Source: Oscillospiraceae bacterium (lineage in GTDB: Bacteria > Bacillota > Clostridia > Oscillospirales > Butyricicoccaceae). Taken from it: DNA of 64,000 bases. Location: contig JAZOWC010000068.1 of NCBI GenBank assembly GCA_045658985.1, forward strand, positions 464 through 64,463. Reading direction: 5' to 3'. Of this stretch, positions 7,993-16,016 are shown one piece after another (position 1 is the stretch's first letter; each line of letters opens with the position of its first letter). The notes under the pieces are model-generated. The model made no database searches and was not told the DNA's origin. It saw only the letters and a list, made by a program, of their open reading frames with translations. The position numbers were made by a program, and so were the translations under genes.

Positions 7993-8340
7993 TTATTTAA
8001 GATTATCTTTTGCTGTGTTCACAGATGCAATAAGAATACGGCGGATCGTGCCGCACTGATTATAAAGCTCAACAGCAGAATCCTTGGCTATAATATCCGA
8101 CTTGACAAAAAGTTCAATCCAGTATTCTGTTTCATAGCATTCCTTGAGTGCAATTTGAAGTTTTGAAATGAAATCGGCCTTTCCATGAGCGTAGTTAGCT
8201 TCACGAATATTGGCACCAATAGAGGTAGCCGACCTCTCAAGCTGATTTACAATAGAATAGTGGCCTTTGATCGATTCGCAAAGTCTTATAACCCTTACGG
8301 CAAAGTCGGTTGATAACTCCCGAAGTTTTGATTCTGCCAT
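7993..8340 (-). CDS. Four-helix-bundle protein (23S rRNA intervening-sequence protein family)
   Basis: MAESKLRELSTDFAVRVIRLCESIK...QLERSATSIGANIREA...ECYETEYWIELF matches the TIGR02436-type four-helix-bundle signature. GGTGGGA RBS before the ATG at 8338-8340. Confidence 0.8.
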   Translation of the reverse strand: MAESKLRELSTDFAVRVIRLCESIKGHYSIVNQLERSATSIGANIREANYAHGKADFISKLQIALKECYETEYWIELFVKSDIIAKDSAVELYNQCGTIRRILIASVNTAKDNLK

Positions 8341-8394
8341 ATTGATCCCACCTTTCTTAAATTTGATTATCACATTACCATTCAGATAATCCAA

Positions 8395-8541
8395 GTGAAA
8401 TATCCTTTGGACGTGAAATAATGACCAATGGTCATTGTGAAATATTCGGTATTTTACCGAATGTGAAATGAAATAAATCCATCCACGCCCGCAGGCATTT
8501 CACATTGCGGAGCAATATTTCACACGGGTCGCGTATTTCAC
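8395..8541. repeat. Array of seven GTGAAAT heptamers (4 forward, 3 reverse) interleaved with short palindromes
   Basis: GTGAAAT at 8395, 8413, 8447 and 8463. ATTTCAC at 8497, 8517 and 8535. Palindromes ATGACCAATGGTCAT, ATTCGGTA-TTTT-ACCGAAT and AAATCCC-GTGA-GGGATTT lie between them. Confidence 0.7.
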
Positions 8542-8567
8542 AAATCCCGTGAGGGATTTATTTCGTT

Positions 8568-8607
8568 GAAAAAGAAAGACAAGTCTTGCGACTTGTCTTT
8601 CTTTTTC
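8568..8607 (-). terminator. Intrinsic terminator (bidirectional geometry)
   Basis: AAAGAAAGACAAGTC-TTGC-GACTTGTCTTTCTTT flanked by an A-run and a T-run. Confidence 0.6.
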
Positions 8608-8709
8608 TGGCGGAGAAGGAGGGATTCGCCCGACTGCGGTCGGAGCGGTGGTCGGCTCTGACTGCCACCGGCAGTCATTCACTACCGACCCTTCGAATCC
8701 CTCTTCTCT
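8608..8709 (-). ncRNA. Candidate structured tRNA-derived element, about 100 nt, ending ...CTCCGCCA. Not a canonical tRNA.
   Basis: The 21 nt at 8608-8628 are identical to the 3' end of tRNA-Ser (8754-8774). They pair with 8694-8709 to give a roughly 15-bp stem with one bulge, enclosing hairpins GACTGCC-GGT-GGCAGTC and CCGAC-CGCA-GTCGG. Terminator hairpins lie on both sides. Confidence 0.3.
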
Positions 8710-8721
8710 TTTCGTCACACG

Positions 8722-8750
8722 AAAAAGGCACACCTTTCGGTGTGCCTTTT
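8722..8750 (-). terminator. Intrinsic terminator downstream of tRNA-Ser
   Basis: AAAAGGCACACC-TTTC-GGTGTGCCTTTT read on the minus strand gives a hairpin plus T-run immediately after the tRNA CCA end. Confidence 0.7.
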
Positions 8751-8753
8751 GTG

Positions 8754-8845
8754 TGGCGGAGAAGGAGGGATTCGAACCCTCGAGACGCTTTTGACGCCTA
8801 CACGATTTCCAATCGTGCGCGCTCGACCAACTACGCGACTTCTCC
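8754..8845 (-). tRNA. tRNA-Ser (anticodon GGA), long variable arm, encoded CCA
   Basis: Reverse complement GGAGAAGTCGCGTAGTTGGTCGAGCGCGCACGATTGGAAATCGTGTAGGCGTCAAAAGCGTCTCGAGGGTTCGAATCCCTCCTTCTCCGCCA folds as a cloverleaf. Anticodon loop TTGGAAA. Confidence 0.9.
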
Positions 8846-8889
8846 ATAGGTCAAGAGACTATTTATATCAAGTTTTGACTGATTTCAAA

Positions 8890-8966
8890 TGGTGGGCCTC
8901 CAGGGACTCGAACCCGGGACCGTCCGGTTATGAGCCGGATGCTCTAACCAACTGAGCTAGAGGCCC
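8890..8966 (-). tRNA. tRNA with CAT anticodon (elongator Met, or Ile2 if lysidine-modified)
   Basis: Reverse complement GGGCCTCTAGCTCAGTTGGTTAGAGCATCCGGCTCATAACCGGACGGTCCCGGGTTCGAGTCCCTGGAGGCCCACCA. 7-bp acceptor stem, TCCGG/CCGGA anticodon stem, CAT anticodon. Confidence 0.88.
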
Positions 8967-8996
8967 AAATACGCCGAACATTTGACAGCGTAGATA

Positions 8997-9025
8997 ATTA
9001 TACACCATACTTTTTACTTTTGCAA
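8997..9025 (-). promoter_or_regulatory. Candidate promoter of the tRNA-Met/tRNA-Ser unit
   Basis: Minus strand reads TTGCAA, 17-nt spacer, TATAAT, about 30 nt upstream of the tRNA 5' end. Confidence 0.55.
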
Positions 9026-9064
9026 GTACTATTTTGATATTTTTGTGAAAAAAGTTTTATTTTT

Positions 9065-9946
9065 TCACATAGTGCTCAATCCGGTGGCAGCAATCAGCAG
9101 CAGGATGGATATGCCCTGACTGAGGGTAAGCTTTTCGCGATAGAAAACCTTCGCCACCGCCACCGATGCCAGCATACCGACGGCACAGTTGATGATATTA
9201 TAGCTTGTTACGGGCACTATCGCCAGCAGGGCTATCGTGCACAGGTTCGTGGTCTGATTGATGCCGCTGCGTACGCCCAGCAGGCCGGACTGGGCAAAGC
9301 TGAGGCTTTTGGCGATCTGTTTGAGGGTATGCTTTTTGCCAAAAAGCAGGTATGCACAAAAAACGGCAGATACCGCCAGCAGATAAATATTGACGTGCAG
9401 ATAATACTCCCTGCCGTCCATATCGGGAAAAGCGGCAAACACCGAGCAGAGGATGTTCACCGCTGCCAAAAACACGAAATAAAAGGCACAGAACATAAAA
9501 TCCGACTTTTTCATCCTGCTCTTGCCCCGCAGGCTCTCAAGGGCCGGCAATATGACAGCCGCAATGACCGCCGCTGCGGCGATCAGGCGGTATACACTCA
9601 TCTGCTCGCCCAGAATAACGTAGCCAAACAGACTGGAGCCGATTATGGACGCCGAGGTGGAGATTATTGCCGCAAGGGGTATGCTCATATGTCTGTACTG
9701 GATTATTGCAAGGATCAGTCCCGCAAAACCCACTACTCCGTATATGCCGCCAAACAGCTCCATTTTGAGCTCGAAACGGAGGGGTACGCCTATTGCAAGA
9801 TAATAGACCACTCCCACAAAGGCGTTTACCACGTTAGCCATCAGTATCTGCGGCAGATCAAAGGCGGTGGACGTCTGCAGTTTTTTGCTGGACAGTCTCT
9901 CGGCGCTTGTCAGCGCAAAGATTGCCGAAAACAGTAAAAAAGCCAT
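9065..9946 (-). CDS. Polytopic membrane protein, DMT/EamA-like superfamily candidate
   Basis: 293 aa with about 10 hydrophobic segments in a two-halves arrangement. No soluble domain. Confidence 0.55.
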   Translation of the reverse strand: MAFLLFSAIFALTSAERLSSKKLQTSTAFDLPQILMANVVNAFVGVVYYLAIGVPLRFELKMELFGGIYGVVGFAGLILAIIQYRHMSIPLAAIISTSASIIGSSLFGYVILGEQMSVYRLIAAAAVIAAVILPALESLRGKSRMKKSDFMFCAFYFVFLAAVNILCSVFAAFPDMDGREYYLHVNIYLLAVSAVFCAYLLFGKKHTLKQIAKSLSFAQSGLLGVRSGINQTTNLCTIALLAIVPVTSYNIINCAVGMLASVAVAKVFYREKLTLSQGISILLLIAATGLSTM

Positions 9947-10055
9947 AACACTGTTCCTCTCAAATATATGCCGGATATACAGATCGATATTATCATAATG
10001 TGCATCAAAATCAAGATGAGTCCAAAAAATATTTTTGCTCCGCCGCCCCTAAGCA

Positions 10056-10086
10056 GAATAAAACGCCGCGGCATATGCCGCGACGC
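10056..10086 (-). terminator. Terminator downstream of rnpB
   Basis: GCGTCGCGGCATATGCCGCGGCG hairpin followed by TTTTATT on the minus strand. Confidence 0.5.
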
Positions 10087-10097
10087 TTGTAGTTTGA

Positions 10098-10438
10098 GGG
10101 TGTCGGTCGGTCTGTAAGCCGGGTTCTGTCTTAAACGACCATCTATCTGGGCAATGGGTCACCCCACGCCTCAAGCCACCTGTCCGAAGATTGGCCGAGC
10201 AAGCCGTGTCCCTCGAGTCGGTGTTGCATCGAATAGAGTTTACAGGACGGCGTAGTTACCTATGCCGGCGGTGAGGTCTTACCTCACCTTTCCACCCTTA
10301 CCCCAAAAAATGAGGCGGTATATCTCTGTTGCACTTGTCCGGAGATTGCTCTCGGCTGATGTTATCAGCTACCCTGCTCTGTGATGCCCGGACTTTCCTC
10401 GTCCGCTTACGCGAGCGCGGTCGTTCGGCCGGCCGACG
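10098..10438 (-). ncRNA. rnpB: RNase P RNA (bacterial, type-A-like)
   Basis: The minus strand contains the universal P4 halves GAGGAAAGTCCGGGC (complement of 10386-10400) and ACAGAACCCGGCTTA (complement of about 10113-10127). The 5'/3' ends pair as P1. A promoter lies just upstream. The ends are approximate. Confidence 0.9.
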
Positions 10439-10443
10439 AGGTG

Positions 10444-10472
10444 ATTATAACACAAGTTTATACTTTTATCAA
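10444..10472 (-). promoter_or_regulatory. Candidate rnpB promoter
   Basis: Minus strand reads TTGATA, 17 nt, TATAAT. Predicted start is about 7 nt downstream at the P1 5' strand. Confidence 0.55.
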
Positions 10473-10482
10473 GCATCATACC

Positions 10483-10511
10483 TTGTCAAAAATATGTGTT
10501 TGTAATATAAT
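10483..10511 (+). promoter_or_regulatory. Candidate murD promoter, divergent from rnpB
   Basis: TTGTCA, 17 nt, TATAAT. A second TATAAT follows at 10512-10517. Confidence 0.45.
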
Positions 10512-10548
10512 TATAATGTATAAATATCTTTTTTCGGAGGCGTTTTTG

Positions 10549-11907
10549 ATGCTGCGCGATTTTCTCGCTACACTGAAAGGCAAAAAGGTTTCGGTTATAG
10601 GCGCGGGAGTTTCCAACACTCCGCTTATCCGTATGCTGATCCCTTACTGTGAGCTTTTTGTCCACGACAAAAAGGTTGAATCGCAGTTTGACAGCGGCTT
10701 TATCGGTGAGCTTAAAGAACATAACGTAAAACTTATTCTTGGCGACGGGTATCTGGACTCTCTCGAGGGTGACGTGATATTCCGCACCCCCGGTGTGCGT
10801 CCCGACGTGCCTGCGCTTGAGGCTGCACGTGCCAGAGGTGCACAGATAACGTCCGAGATGGACGTGTTCTTCTCCCTCTGCCCCTGCCCCATCACCGCAA
10901 TAACCGGCTCGGACGGCAAGACCACCACCTCTACCATCATTGCCGAGCTGCTTAAAGCCGAAGGGTATGAGGTGTTCCTCGGCGGCAATATCGGCGCTCC
11001 CCTGCTCCCCCGACTGGACGAGATGAACCAAAACAGCCGCGTGGTGGTGGAGCTGTCCTCTTTTCAGCTGATGGATATGACCCACGCCCCGCAGGTGGCT
11101 GTAGTGACCAACGTCACTCCCAACCATCTGGACTGGCACCGCGGTATGGGTGAGTACGAAAGTGCCAAGTACAATCTGCTGCAGCGCCAGACATCGGACA
11201 GTATTGCCGTACTCAACTATGACGATATGACCACCCGTGCATTCGGTGAAAAATGCCCCGCCTCGGTCAGGTATTTTTCTCTCGGTGACTCTAGCGCTCA
11301 CTACAGCTTTGACGGAGAGAACATCTGCTTTGATGGCAAGCCTATACTCTCTGCATCCCGTCTGCGTATACCCGGCAGGCATAATATAGCCAACTACATG
11401 GCGGCCATCGCCGCCCCCGCTCACGAGGTCAGCGCAGAGAGTGTTGCCCGAGTTGCCGATACTTTTACCGGAGTTGAGCACCGTATTGAGTTTATACGCG
11501 AGCTTGACGGGGTAAAATACTATAACGACTCTATAGCAAGCAGTCCTACACGCTCTCAGGCGGGCCTGATGTGCTTTGACTGTCCCGTGGTGCTGATCGC
11601 GGGCGGCTATGACAAAAAGATCGCATTTGATGAGTTTGGTGAGCTGGTGTGCGAGCGGGTGGATACTCTGATGCTCTGCGGCGCCACCGCCGACAAGATC
11701 GAGGCGGCGGTTATAGGGGCAAAGAACCCAAAAAAACCCGCCATACACCGATTTGATGACCTCAAGACCACCGTTGAGGCCTGCCGCAGGCTGGCCGCAC
11801 CCGGCTCGGTGGTGCTATTCTCCCCTGCGTGTGCCAGCTTTGACCAGTTCCCCAATTTTATGGAGCGGGGCAGATTCTTCAAGCAGACAGTAAACGACCT
11901 TAAATAA
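10549..11907 (+). CDS. murD: UDP-N-acetylmuramoyl-L-alanine--D-glutamate ligase
   Basis: GGAGG RBS plus the ATG at 10549 (MLRDFLATLKGKKVSVIGAGVSN...). Mur ligase ATP motif GSDGKTTT. The track ORF begins at an upstream GTG that lies inside rnpB. Confidence 0.9.
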   Translation: MLRDFLATLKGKKVSVIGAGVSNTPLIRMLIPYCELFVHDKKVESQFDSGFIGELKEHNVKLILGDGYLDSLEGDVIFRTPGVRPDVPALEAARARGAQITSEMDVFFSLCPCPITAITGSDGKTTTSTIIAELLKAEGYEVFLGGNIGAPLLPRLDEMNQNSRVVVELSSFQLMDMTHAPQVAVVTNVTPNHLDWHRGMGEYESAKYNLLQRQTSDSIAVLNYDDMTTRAFGEKCPASVRYFSLGDSSAHYSFDGENICFDGKPILSASRLRIPGRHNIANYMAAIAAPAHEVSAESVARVADTFTGVEHRIEFIRELDGVKYYNDSIASSPTRSQAGLMCFDCPVVLIAGGYDKKIAFDEFGELVCERVDTLMLCGATADKIEAAVIGAKNPKKPAIHRFDDLKTTVEACRRLAAPGSVVLFSPACASFDQFPNFMERGRFFKQTVNDLK

Positions 11908-11922
11908 AGGAGTGTTGAGATT

Positions 11923-12951
11923 TTGGAACTTTTGAGCAAAATAAAAAAGCTCACCAGCGAGTTTGGCGTATCCGGTGACGAAAAGCGCGTCAGTGCCGTT
12001 GCCGCCGAGTTTTTGCGTGAATACACCGATCAGGTGGAGATCGACAAGTTCGGCAACGTGACGGGCTTTATACCCTGCGGCGTGGAGGGTGCTCCTACCC
12101 TGATGCTGGATGCACATATCGACCAGATCGGTTTTATCGTCACAGAGATCACCGACGGGGGATTTTTGAGATTTATGTCCATCGGTGTCGACCAGCGTAT
12201 GCTGCCCGGCAGCGAGCTTGCCGTGCTCACCCGCGACGGTGTCATCCGCGGTGTTGTGGGAACCATCCCCGCAATTATGCAGAAGGACGAAAGCGCCTCT
12301 ATCCCCCTCACCGACATGACCGTTGATATCGGCATGACCGGAGAGGAAGCACGCAAGGTTGTGCGTGTAGGCGACTATATGGTGTTCTGGAACGACGGCT
12401 TTGAGCTGCTGGGCGACAAACTGTGCTCCAAGGCGTTGGACGACAGAGCCTGCTTTGTGTGCATACTCCACGCCCTTGAGCTGCTGAAAAGCAAGCCTCT
12501 CAAGGTCAACCTGCTGGTCTGTGCAAGCATCAAGGAGGAGCTGGGCGGTCACGGCTCGCTGTACGTGGCATACCGCCACAGACCCGAGTTTGCCATCGCT
12601 GTGGACGTATCCCACGCAAAGACCCCGGACGCACCCGAGGTGGTCTGTGAGCTGGGCAAAGGCCCCATCGTCGATATCGGCTACAACGCACGCCCCGAGC
12701 TGTTTGAGCTCGTAAAGAAGTCCGCCGATGCCCGGAATATCCCCTATCAGGTCACCCCCTGCCCTGCAGGCAGCGGCACCAATGCCTGGAGCATTCAGCT
12801 GGCGGGCAAGGGCGTATCAACTATGGTAGTATCCCTGCCGCTTAAATACATGCATTCGCCCGTTGAGGTACTGCATATGAAGGACGTAGAAAATACCGGC
12901 GCACTGATCGCCGCCTTTGTATCTTCGTTTGATGGGAGGGTCGAGTTATGA
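11923..12951 (+). CDS. M42-family metallo-aminopeptidase (TET/FrvX/PepA-like), paralog 1
   Basis: GVSGDE, LDAHIDQIGF, ALDDR and KEELGGHG motifs. 342 aa. Confidence 0.8.
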   Translation: MELLSKIKKLTSEFGVSGDEKRVSAVAAEFLREYTDQVEIDKFGNVTGFIPCGVEGAPTLMLDAHIDQIGFIVTEITDGGFLRFMSIGVDQRMLPGSELAVLTRDGVIRGVVGTIPAIMQKDESASIPLTDMTVDIGMTGEEARKVVRVGDYMVFWNDGFELLGDKLCSKALDDRACFVCILHALELLKSKPLKVNLLVCASIKEELGGHGSLYVAYRHRPEFAIAVDVSHAKTPDAPEVVCELGKGPIVDIGYNARPELFELVKKSADARNIPYQVTPCPAGSGTNAWSIQLAGKGVSTMVVSLPLKYMHSPVEVLHMKDVENTGALIAAFVSSFDGRVEL

Positions 12952-13973
12952 TAGAGCTTATTCGTGATCTCAGCATGCTTGACGGTGTGCCCGGTTTTGA
13001 GACCGAGGTACGCAATTATATACGCGCCCGCGCAGAACAGGTCTGTGATCAGGTGAGTGTAGACAGTCAGGGCAATCTGTTTGCATTCAAAAAGGGTTCC
13101 CGCTCCCCCTCTCGCCCCATAATGCTCACCGCTCATATGGACGAGGTAGGTTTTTTGATCAAGAACATCCTGGAGGACGGTATGCTCAGGATAGTGGCTT
13201 CGGGCTCTGTAGATCCCCGCGTGCTCATCGGCCGCAAGATGAAGGTCGGCAAGAGCAAGCTGCCCGGAGTGATCTCCCTCAAGGCTATCCATCTGACCAA
13301 GCCCGACGAGCGCAAGAAAGCTCCCGACCTCAAGAGTCTGTATATCGATATCGGCGCATCCGGCCGCGAGGATGCCCTCAAATACGTCTCCATCGGTGAT
13401 ATGGCCGTGTTTGACAGCGAGTTTGCCCTCTTCGGCAATGACTGCATCAAGGGCAAGGCACTGGACGACCGTATAGGCTGTGCTGTGCTCCTCAAGCTGA
13501 TGGAGCAGGAACTCGGCTATGACACCTGGTTCGTCTTTACTGCCGCCGAGGAGATCGGCGCACGCGGCGCCATCAATGCCGTTCAGCACATCGATCCCGG
13601 CTTTATCGCTGCCGTGGACAGCACCGGTGCAGGCGATACTGCCGACACACCCGAGCATCTGCGCTCCTGCGAGATGCGTCGCGGCGCGGTCATCTCACTG
13701 ATCGACCGCGGCACGGTGTTCCATCGCGGTCTGCGCGAGAAGATCACAAAGGCACTGGACAGAGAGTGCATCAGCTGGCAGTACCGCACACGCAGCGAGG
13801 GCGCTACCGACGCTATGGCACACATCTACGGCACGGGTGCAAAGGTATTCGGGCTGAGCACACCCGTCAGGTACATTCACTGTGCCTGCTCGGTGGCATA
13901 TCTCCCCGACATTGATGCTGTGCTCAAAGCAGCAAAAATATTCATTGAGGAAGCAGGTGACGGCAATGCTTGA
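12948..13973 (+). CDS. M42-family metallo-aminopeptidase, paralog 2
   Basis: GVPGFE, LTAHMDEVGF, ALDDRIG, AAEEIGARGA. 4-nt overlap with paralog 1. Confidence 0.85.
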   Translation: MIELIRDLSMLDGVPGFETEVRNYIRARAEQVCDQVSVDSQGNLFAFKKGSRSPSRPIMLTAHMDEVGFLIKNILEDGMLRIVASGSVDPRVLIGRKMKVGKSKLPGVISLKAIHLTKPDERKKAPDLKSLYIDIGASGREDALKYVSIGDMAVFDSEFALFGNDCIKGKALDDRIGCAVLLKLMEQELGYDTWFVFTAAEEIGARGAINAVQHIDPGFIAAVDSTGAGDTADTPEHLRSCEMRRGAVISLIDRGTVFHRGLREKITKALDRECISWQYRTRSEGATDAMAHIYGTGAKVFGLSTPVRYIHCACSVAYLPDIDAVLKAAKIFIEEAGDGNA

Positions 13974-14979
13974 CATTTTTACACTCCATAACGAGCTGAT
14001 CTCGGCAGCATGCCTTTCGGGCAGCGAAAACGGCATTGCAAAGGTCATTGCCTCCTACGCACGCAAGCTGTGCGACGAGGTCACCCAGGACGTGCTGGGC
14101 AACCTCATCTGCCACAAAAAAGGCAAGGGCAAGCGCATTATGTGCGCCGCCCATATGGACGCTATCGGCCTGATGGTGAGATATATCGACGAGCAGGGTT
14201 TTGTCCGCGTCTATCCCATCGGCGGCCACTATCCCTATGAGCTGCTCAACACACGCGTCAGAGTCAACGACACCTACGGTATAGTCCGTCTGGCCAAAGC
14301 CGCAAAAAATATGGGCAAGACCGGCAAGGAGATCGGCTACGATGACATCTACGTGGACATCGGCGCAAAAGGCAAGGCTGACGCCGAAAAGCACCTGAAT
14401 ATAGGCAGCAATATGCTTTTTGAGGGGACTGCCCGCAAGCTGGCAGGCACAAGAGTCATGTCTCCCTATGCCGACGATCTCATCGGCTGTGTTATGCTCC
14501 TCTGCGCTCTGGAGCAGGCACAAAAGAGCCAGAACGACATCTGGGCGGTATTTACCGTGCAGGAGGAGCTGGGCTGCCGCGGCGCAAAGACTTCGGCATA
14601 CGCCATAGACCCCGACATCGCCGTGGCGGTGGATGTGACTACCGCAGGCGACTGTCCTATGGAGAACGAGCGTTTTAACCCCGTGCAGCTGGGCGCAGGC
14701 CCCGCGCTCAAGATCGTGGACTCCACCGTATATTGCTCTCAGGGACTCAATATGCTGCTTGAGAAGATCGCTCAGGCCGAGGGTATCCCCGTACAGAAGG
14801 AGATCCTCCGCGGCGGCGGCACCGACACCGGCGAGATAATTCTGTCCCGCGAGGGTGTGGCATCCACCTGTATTTCCATCGCTACACGCAATATTCATAT
14901 GCCCGTTGAGATCTACGATACCGAGGACGTCCGTCAGGGTGCTCAGCTGCTGTCCGCCCTGCTTAGGGCAAAGCTTTGA
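13966..14979 (+). CDS. M42-family metallo-aminopeptidase, paralog 3
   Basis: Start taken at the ATG at 13966 (MLDIFTLHNELI...), overlapping the stop of paralog 2. AAHMDAIGL, VQEELGCRGA. Confidence 0.8.
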   Translation: MLDIFTLHNELISAACLSGSENGIAKVIASYARKLCDEVTQDVLGNLICHKKGKGKRIMCAAHMDAIGLMVRYIDEQGFVRVYPIGGHYPYELLNTRVRVNDTYGIVRLAKAAKNMGKTGKEIGYDDIYVDIGAKGKADAEKHLNIGSNMLFEGTARKLAGTRVMSPYADDLIGCVMLLCALEQAQKSQNDIWAVFTVQEELGCRGAKTSAYAIDPDIAVAVDVTTAGDCPMENERFNPVQLGAGPALKIVDSTVYCSQGLNMLLEKIAQAEGIPVQKEILRGGGTDTGEIILSREGVASTCISIATRNIHMPVEIYDTEDVRQGAQLLSALLRAKL

Positions 14980-14993
14980 GGAGGTAGAGAGCT

Positions 14994-16013
14994 ATGCTGA
15001 ATATATTTGAGCTTCAGAAAGAACTGGTTGCCGCCGCTCTGCCCTCCGGACTGGAGAGCAGGCAGGCAGACGTGATCAAAAAATATGCCGTAAAATACTG
15101 CGACGAGCTGTACACCGACAGCGTGGGCAATCTGGTCTGCCACAAGCGCGGCCCGGGCAAAAAGCTTATGCTGGCAGCGCATATGGACGTAATCGGTTTT
15201 ATGGCAAACTTCATAGACGAGCGTGGTTTTGTGAGATTCGTGCCCGTGGGCGGCATCAGTCCCGTGCTGACCATCGGCTGCCCCGTGGTGTTTGAAAACG
15301 GTGTTTACGGCTGTGTGCTTCACGACGAAAAGGCTCAGCCCGGTTCTACTGCCCTGAACAAGGTGGAGATGCACAATATGTATATCGACATCGGCGCAAA
15401 GAACAAAGCCGAGGCCGAAAAGCTGATCTCGGTGGGTATGTGCGCTACCTTCTGCGCAGAGCCCGTGCAGATTGCGGGCGGCAATATTATGACCCCCTAT
15501 GCCGACAATCTCGTCAGCTGCGCCGTACTGCTTTCGGCCATGAGTGAGATAAGCTACCCCGCCAATGATCTGTACTGCGTATTTTCCGTGCAGGAGGAGG
15601 TAGGCTGCAGAGGCGCCAAGATGGCCGCCAACGCCATCAGACCCTACGCAGGTATTGCCATCGATCTGACCCGTACCGGCGACTCCCCCGCCGAGCTTGA
15701 CAATGAGCGAATGGCAGTAAAAATCGGCGGCGGTCCCACAGTCAAGATCCGTGACAGCTCGGCTATCTGCGACAAACCCGTTGTCGAGCATCTGCGCGCC
15801 TGCGCCGAAAAGGCAGGCATTGTATATCAGGATGAGGTGCTTATATCCGGCGGCACCGATACCAGCGCCATGCAGCGCTCCTATGAGGGTGTTCTGTCCG
15901 GCTGTATTTCCATCCCCGGCCGCAACATCCACTCCCCCGGCGAAATAATCAATCTGAGCGACGCCGACAACGCAGCCAAGCTGCTTGCCATCGCCGCTAT
16001 GACGGAGATATGA
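14994..16013 (+). CDS. M42-family metallo-aminopeptidase, paralog 4
   Basis: AAHMDVIGF, VQEEVGCRGA. 339 aa. Confidence 0.8.
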   Translation: MLNIFELQKELVAAALPSGLESRQADVIKKYAVKYCDELYTDSVGNLVCHKRGPGKKLMLAAHMDVIGFMANFIDERGFVRFVPVGGISPVLTIGCPVVFENGVYGCVLHDEKAQPGSTALNKVEMHNMYIDIGAKNKAEAEKLISVGMCATFCAEPVQIAGGNIMTPYADNLVSCAVLLSAMSEISYPANDLYCVFSVQEEVGCRGAKMAANAIRPYAGIAIDLTRTGDSPAELDNERMAVKIGGGPTVKIRDSSAICDKPVVEHLRACAEKAGIVYQDEVLISGGTDTSAMQRSYEGVLSGCISIPGRNIHSPGEIINLSDADNAAKLLAIAAMTEI

Positions 16014-16016
16014 CAC

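Noticed and set aside
8395-8541. CRISPR-like array
   Set aside because: The repeats are only 7 nt, occur in both orientations and have irregular 16-34-nt spacing. There are no cas genes in the window.
8608-8709. Possible tRNA-Sec (long, ends GCCA, contains TCA in a loop-like position)
   Set aside because: The candidate anticodon loop AGTCAGA lacks U33 and the conserved CUUCAAA context. There is no D arm and no 7-nt T loop. The 5' strand does not give an 8-bp acceptor stem. The element is kept only as an unexplained structured element.
8500-8955. Small ORFs overlapping the tRNA region (8500-8847 minus, 8586-8849 plus, 8740-8955 plus)
   Set aside because: They run through tRNA genes and terminator hairpins, so they are not coding.
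10381-10548. Upstream extension of murD from the GTG at 10381
   Set aside because: The extension overlaps the rnpB 5' region and both candidate promoters. A GGAGG RBS precedes the ATG at 10549, where similarity to MurD N-termini begins.
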